Part shown: positions 60,421-64,000 of the stretch, piece by piece
How positions within the stretch are numbered: the stretch's first letter is position 1
Layout of the letters: every line of letters begins with the position of its first letter
DNA from: an uncultured Bacteroidales bacterium
GTDB lineage: Bacteria; Bacteroidota; Bacteroidia; Bacteroidales; JAADJA01
Direction: 5' to 3'
NCBI GenBank assembly: GCA_963749345.1
Contig: CAVVMO010000004.1
Coordinates: forward strand, 2,986,588-3,050,587
Length of the DNA: 64,000 bases
Position numbers and translations under genes: made by a program
The notes under the pieces: generated by a model
Database searches by the model: none
What the model was told of the DNA's origin: nothing
What the model saw: the letters and a program-made list of their open reading frames with translations, nothing else

Positions 60421-60530
60421 TGCCACTAAAACACCAAATCACTAAAACTCACAAAAAAAGAATAAATAAACTAATCTTAGTGAAATCCTGCCTGCGGCAG
60501 GCAGGTTGGTGTTTTTGTGTTTTGGTGGCA
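60421..60530. repeat. Intergenic inverted repeat (GCCACTAAAACACCAA family)
   Basis: TGCCACTAAAACACCAA...TTGGTGTTTTTGTGTTTTGGTGGCA, with inner palindrome TGCCTGCGGCAGGCA. Related words occur at about 32367-32455. Confidence 0.7.
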
Positions 60531-60633
60531 GGAAAACAATTTTTAAAGAAGATTAATGTTTTTTGTAAAAATTTTAGACTAATTGCGACCCTTGAAAATT
60601 TTAGTTGTCAATCATAAAAGTAAATTGAGAAAA

Positions 60634-61146
60634 ATGAAGAAACAGATTATAACTACGTTAATTATTCTTTCAGGATTTGTGGGGATGGCACAGATTGGAA
60701 GCTCAGCCATCGGGCTCAGGGGCGGTGGCATATCGGGAATGACCATCAAATTAATTGATGAAGACCTGAGTGCAGTGGAAATTCTCCTGGGATTTCAGCG
60801 AAACGGATTGAAGATGACAGGAATGCTGCAGCGGTTCAAACCTATTAAAACGGACAGGATAAGTAACCTCTATGTTTTTTCAGGATTAGGCGCTCATGCC
60901 GGTTTTGAAAGATGGGATGATGAACAATCACAAACGGTAGACGGAGTCACTTACTATTCCTACCGCAAGGTTGTTTCTCCTGTTATTGGTGGTGACCTGA
61001 TCGTTGGACTTGAATATCATTTCGAGTCGGTTCCCTTTCATGTGAGCATCGATTACAAGCCCTATATGGAGTTTTTCGGCGAAAAGATTTTCAGGATCGA
61101 TTTCTGGGATATCGGTTTTTCGCTCCGTTATGTTATAAACCAATAA
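60634..61146 (+). CDS. Small outer-membrane beta-barrel protein (hypothetical)
   Basis: Signal peptide MKKQIITTLIILSGFVGMAQ. Alternating beta-strand pattern. Aromatic residue near the C-terminus (LRYVINQ). Confidence 0.5.
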   Translation: MKKQIITTLIILSGFVGMAQIGSSAIGLRGGGISGMTIKLIDEDLSAVEILLGFQRNGLKMTGMLQRFKPIKTDRISNLYVFSGLGAHAGFERWDDEQSQTVDGVTYYSYRKVVSPVIGGDLIVGLEYHFESVPFHVSIDYKPYMEFFGEKIFRIDFWDIGFSLRYVINQ

Positions 61147-61158
61147 AAATTAAATAAG

Positions 61159-61866
61159 ATGAAAAAAACAGTAATTTTAATGATGGCTTTGTTGACCGTT
61201 ACCATTGGTATGACACAGGAAGACAAAAGCAAAAATGACCAGGAATTCAAAACTATTTTTAATGCGAATAAAGGAGATAACAAAATTATCCATGGTGGTT
61301 ATGGTGGTATAATGATGAATTATACGCAGATTGACAACAAGGACGCCTTTCTCGCAGGTATACGCGGAATGTGGATCATCAATCACGGGATTGGAATCGG
61401 TATTGGTGGTTATGGATTTGCCAATGAGCTTAAGTTTGATCAAAATTCTTATGACAATCAGGACTATTCTCTTGCCGGAGGATATGGTGGCCTTATAATC
61501 GAACCCATCATTGCAGCCAAATCTCCGGTGCATGTATCTTTCCCGGTGCTAATTGGGGCTGGAGGTGTCGCTTCTATCCAGGAGCAATGGTCGCCTTATT
61601 CCTATCATGATGACAATTATTATTCAGAAGATGCAGCGGCTTACTTTGTTTTTGAACCTGGCGTTGAGGTGGAATTTAATATGGTAAAGTTTTTTAGGTT
61701 AGCGATGGGAGTTTATTACAAATTTACTTCTGACGTCAACCTTGATGTGTGGACAGGTACAAACTATGAAACTATAAATCCAAACCTTGGACTTAGTGTT
61801 AAAGATGAACCTAAAGTTCCAGGAGGTTTTTCGTTTGGATTGGCCCTCAAGTTTGGAAAATTTTAA
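61159..61866 (+). CDS. Hypothetical secreted/outer-membrane protein
   Basis: Signal peptide, Gly/aromatic-rich, C-terminal ...LKFGKF. Confidence 0.5.
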   Translation: MKKTVILMMALLTVTIGMTQEDKSKNDQEFKTIFNANKGDNKIIHGGYGGIMMNYTQIDNKDAFLAGIRGMWIINHGIGIGIGGYGFANELKFDQNSYDNQDYSLAGGYGGLIIEPIIAAKSPVHVSFPVLIGAGGVASIQEQWSPYSYHDDNYYSEDAAAYFVFEPGVEVEFNMVKFFRLAMGVYYKFTSDVNLDVWTGTNYETINPNLGLSVKDEPKVPGGFSFGLALKFGKF

Positions 61867-61942
61867 ACTGGTTTGAAACCGGAATAGATTTTTAATATTT
61901 TTGCAGAATCTATTGCGGGAATATCCGTCAAGTGCCGGACAG

Positions 61943-61988
61943 GGCTCAGTTGGTAGTCCCGCCTTTGGCGGGATACCAAGCTAAGGGT
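61943..61988 (+). pseudogene. Truncated tRNA-derived unit (unit 0)
   Basis: GGCTCAGTTGGTA-G-TCCCGCCTTTGGCGGGA-TACCAAGCTAAGGGT. A D-loop fragment, an acceptor-like hairpin and a degenerate anticodon-arm 3' part. Confidence 0.6.
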
Positions 61989-62000
61989 AATAGATTTAAA

Positions 62001-62073
62001 GCGGGAATAGCTCAGTTGGTAGAGCATTAGCTTCCCAAGCTGAGGGTCGCGGGTTCGAGTCCCGTTTCCCGCT
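62001..62073 (+). tRNA. tRNA-Gly (anticodon CCC)
   Basis: Hand-folded 73-nt cloverleaf: GCGGGAA/TTCCCGC acceptor, GCTC-AGTTGGTA-GAGC, TTAGC-TTCCCAA-GCTGA, variable loop GGGTC, GCGGG-TTCGAGT-CCCGT, discriminator U. Confidence 0.9.
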
Positions 62074-62086
62074 CAAAAGAATAAAA

Positions 62087-62112
62087 GGCTTACAATGATG
62101 TAGGCCTTTTTT
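62087..62112 (+). terminator. Rho-independent terminator after tRNA-Gly
   Basis: GGCTTACA-ATGA-TGTAGGCC plus T6. Repeated after units 1 and 2 (62210-62235 and 62336-62361). Confidence 0.7.
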
Positions 62113-62122
62113 GTTTTTCCCA

Positions 62123-62194
62123 GGCTCAGTTGGTAGTCCCGCCATGGCGGGATCCCAAGGTGAGGGTCGCGGGTTCGAGTCCCGTTTCCCGCTC
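62123..62194 (+). pseudogene. tRNA-Gly-derived pseudo-unit 1
   Basis: GGCTCAGTTGGTA-G-TCCCGCCATGGCGGGA-TCCCAAGGTGAGGGTCGCGGGTTCGAGTCCCGTTTCCCGCTC. No 5' acceptor strand, and the D-stem 3' half and anticodon-stem 5' half are replaced by a hairpin. Confidence 0.75.
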
Positions 62195-62251
62195 AAAATT
62201 GGAAAGAAAGGCTTACAATGATGTAGGCCTTTTTTGTTTTTTCCCTATGCC

Positions 62252-62320
62252 CAGGTGGTAGTCCCGCCTTTGGCGGGATCCCAAGCTGAGGGTCGCGGGT
62301 TCGAGTCCCGTTTCCCGCTC
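62252..62320 (+). pseudogene. tRNA-Gly-derived pseudo-unit 2
   Basis: CAGGTGGTAGTCCCGCCTTTGGCGGGATCCCAAGCTGAGGGTC... with a 3' 42 nt identical to the tRNA. 126-bp period to unit 3. Confidence 0.75.
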
Positions 62321-62377
62321 AAAATTGGAAAGAAAGGCTTACAATGATGTAGGCCTTTTTTGTTTTTTCCCTATGCC

Positions 62378-62446
62378 CAGGTGGTAGTCCCGCCTTTGGC
62401 GGGATCCCAAGCTGAGGGTCGCGGGTTCGAGTCCCGTTTCCCGCTC
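62378..62446 (+). pseudogene. tRNA-Gly-derived pseudo-unit 3
   Basis: Identical to unit 2 over the tRNA-like part. Followed by a different terminator (62459-62487). Confidence 0.75.
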
Positions 62447-62487
62447 AAAAGAAAAGAAAGATCTGTTTAATGACAGGTCTTTTTTTG

Positions 62488-62559
62488 CTCAGTTGTTAGT
62501 CCCGCCTTTGGCGGGATCCCAAGCTGAGGGTCGTCCCGCTGAGGCGGGATTTCCCGCTC
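62488..62559 (+). pseudogene. tRNA-Gly-derived pseudo-unit 4 (T arm also replaced)
   Basis: ...TCCCGCCTTTGGCGGGATCCCAAGCTGAGGGTC-GTCCCGCTGAGGCGGGAT-TTCCCGCTC. A second TCCCGC/GCGGGA hairpin sits where the T arm should be. Terminator at 62573-62600. Confidence 0.7.
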
Positions 62560-62711
62560 TCAATGATGACAAGGGTTTGCTGGATTTAGCAAACCTTTTT
62601 CGTTTTAAGTGGATACATATTTGGATACATGAAAACCTGTTTACATTGGTTGTTAATATCTTTTTTTATCTTTGAAGTTGACTATTTTACAATTTCTAAA
62701 TTTTATTGATC

Positions 62712-63662
62712 ATGTCTGAAAAAATTACATTTATCCTTGGTGCGGGGTCAAATAAGGATTATGGTTTTCCACTTGGGTTTGATTTATATAAAATGACGAT
62801 TAAGGATTTAGAAAATTTAAATACAGAAGAAGAAGAGAAGAGTGAATTATTTAAAATATTGAGGCATTTTAATTTAATAATGCATATTGATGTATTTAGG
62901 AATAAGCTGGAGGGTTCTCAATTTAGCTCATTAGATGAATTTGTTTATCATTATCCAGAATATGAAAAAATTGTAAGATACATAATAAGCTATTATATAA
63001 TTTGGTATGAGGATAATTCTAAACTCTTGGAACTTAGTAACGAAAATCATTGGTATCGGTCTTTTTGGAAAAATATTAAAACTTACAACTTTGAAGATTT
63101 ACCGAAAGGAAAATATGGATTTATTACTTTTAATTATGATCGATCATTAGAGGCTTATTTTACAGAAGTTATGTATAATACATATTTTAACCAAATTAAA
63201 AAAGATCGATTTGAGATTTATAATTTACTGAATGATTATTTCCCTATTTACCATGTTTACGGGCATTTGGGAAAGTTATATGCAAATGGTCGTAATAGTT
63301 TTGAGTATGGAGCTAAACGAAGTGCAAGCGAAAGTATATTAAGAAGTAACTTTGTTGATAAAATAAATTTTGCTTCTCGTCAAATTGAATTAATATTTTC
63401 AAAGAGGCAAGAAAAACCAGAACTTCAAAAAATCTTTAAAAGGTTAGAAAATTCAGATAAAATAATTTTTTTGGGATTTGGATTTGATGATCTTAACCTT
63501 GAAAATTTAAAAATAAAAGAATTAAATAAAACAAAAATTGGTTATGTTAGAGGGTTATCTACTAAAAGAGTAAAACAACTTAAATCAATTTATAATATAA
63601 ATTGTAATACAATTCATATTGATAATATTGTGGAATATTTGAAAAGGATTGAGATTATTTAG
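62712..63662 (+). CDS. SIR2-like (SIR2_2 family) domain protein, stand-alone about 316 aa
   Basis: ITFILGAGSNKDYGFPLG (Rossmann GAG), GFITFNYDRSLE (compare the TTNYD motif), IYHVYGHLG, IIFLGFGFDDLNL. Strongly AT-rich. Confidence 0.65.
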   Translation: MSEKITFILGAGSNKDYGFPLGFDLYKMTIKDLENLNTEEEEKSELFKILRHFNLIMHIDVFRNKLEGSQFSSLDEFVYHYPEYEKIVRYIISYYIIWYEDNSKLLELSNENHWYRSFWKNIKTYNFEDLPKGKYGFITFNYDRSLEAYFTEVMYNTYFNQIKKDRFEIYNLLNDYFPIYHVYGHLGKLYANGRNSFEYGAKRSASESILRSNFVDKINFASRQIELIFSKRQEKPELQKIFKRLENSDKIIFLGFGFDDLNLENLKIKELNKTKIGYVRGLSTKRVKQLKSIYNINCNTIHIDNIVEYLKRIEII

Positions 63663-63683
63663 CATTTTAAAATTAGTTCCATA

Positions 63684-64000
63684 ATGAAAAAACTACTTTC
63701 TGATTTTTTAAATTTGTTTACGCCTTACAATAAAATTGAAGTTCATTTCTGGTGGATTATAATTCTAATTATTTTACTCTTGACCTTGGTTATTGCGTAT
63801 TCTATCTATTTTGCCTTAAAAGAAAGGAATAAAGAATTATCAAAGAAAGATTTAGCAAGAAAAAAATTGATCTCTGAGATAAGGAATTTTAAATTATTTT
63901 GGTTAACACCGAGTTTAAGTTTAGCTACCACAGTTGTTGTTGCAATAGTAGGGTGGCGATCAGGCTTTTTTGAGACAAATTTGAAGTTAATAGAGATTAA
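63684..64000 (+). CDS. Membrane protein of unknown function, 3' end outside the window
   Basis: ATG 63684, 21 nt after the SIR2-like stop codon. Open to the window end. TM helices FWWIIILIILLLTLVIAYSIYFAL and LSLATTVVVAIVGW. Not in the ORF track because there is no stop codon. Confidence 0.5.
   Translation, partial: MKKLLSDFLNLFTPYNKIEVHFWWIIILIILLLTLVIAYSIYFALKERNKELSKKDLARKKLISEIRNFKLFWLTPSLSLATTVVVAIVGWRSGFFETNLKLIEI

Noticed and set aside
61996-62196. ORF 61996..62196 (-) and ORF 62493..62675 (+)
   Set aside because: These are translations of the tRNA and the tRNA-derived repeats (repeated SGKRDSNPRPS peptide). They are artefacts.
62087-62600. The regularly spaced (~126 bp) repeats as a CRISPR array
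   Set aside because: The repeats are about 70 nt long and tRNA-derived. The 'spacers' are themselves repeated terminators. No cas genes are present.

Overview
This is a 64-kb chromosomal window from a Bacteroidota-type genome. Supporting evidence: ten predicted secreted proteins end in T9SS C-terminal sorting domains, promoters fit the TTG-N20-TAnnTTTG pattern, and the tmRNA tag is GETNYALAA.

Gene content, left to right:
- an Smr-domain gene fragment;
- an ssrA (tmRNA) gene whose T-loop is split by a compact 278-nt group I intron;
- a ~17-kb cluster of paralogous T9SS cargo genes (LVIVD propeller, two receptor-L/LRR-like proteins, two beta-helix proteins, a Reg_prop propeller, a beta-helix/SprB-repeat protein) that share promoter, signal/N-terminal, CTD and 3'-flank modules;
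- a sigma54 activator, a LolD-like ABC ATPase and a ~3.1-kb 57-aa-repeat gene with at least 8 frame breaks;
- a HepT/MntA toxin-antitoxin pair and a FISUMP-domain protein;
- a CPA2 antiporter, a class-V PLP enzyme and an OmpR/HisKA two-component pair;
- a sugar-oxidation cluster (Gfo/Idh/MocA x3, DUF1080 x2, TIM-barrel isomerase-like, DoxX);
- a ParE toxin remnant with its antitoxin, an AT-rich cassette-like ORF and a class D beta-lactamase;
- PiT, LemA plus an M48 protease, an FtsX permease and an esterase;
- two more large T9SS cargo genes, an ECF sigma / anti-sigma / DUF4097 trio and small outer-membrane proteins;
- tRNA-Gly(CCC) embedded in tandem tRNA-derived pseudo-units, then a strongly AT-rich island that opens with a SIR2-like protein plus a membrane protein and is cut by the window end.

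Most interesting: the intron-split tmRNA, the tRNA-derived tandem array with the adjoining SIR2-like island, and several families of intergenic palindromes built from short repeated words.

Caveat: about 17 reading-frame disruptions occur in 10 genes, many at homopolymers. Sequencing or assembly indels are the default explanation, so 'pseudogene' calls mean only 'disrupted as sequenced'. All homology calls are motif recognition by eye; no searches or folding programs were run.
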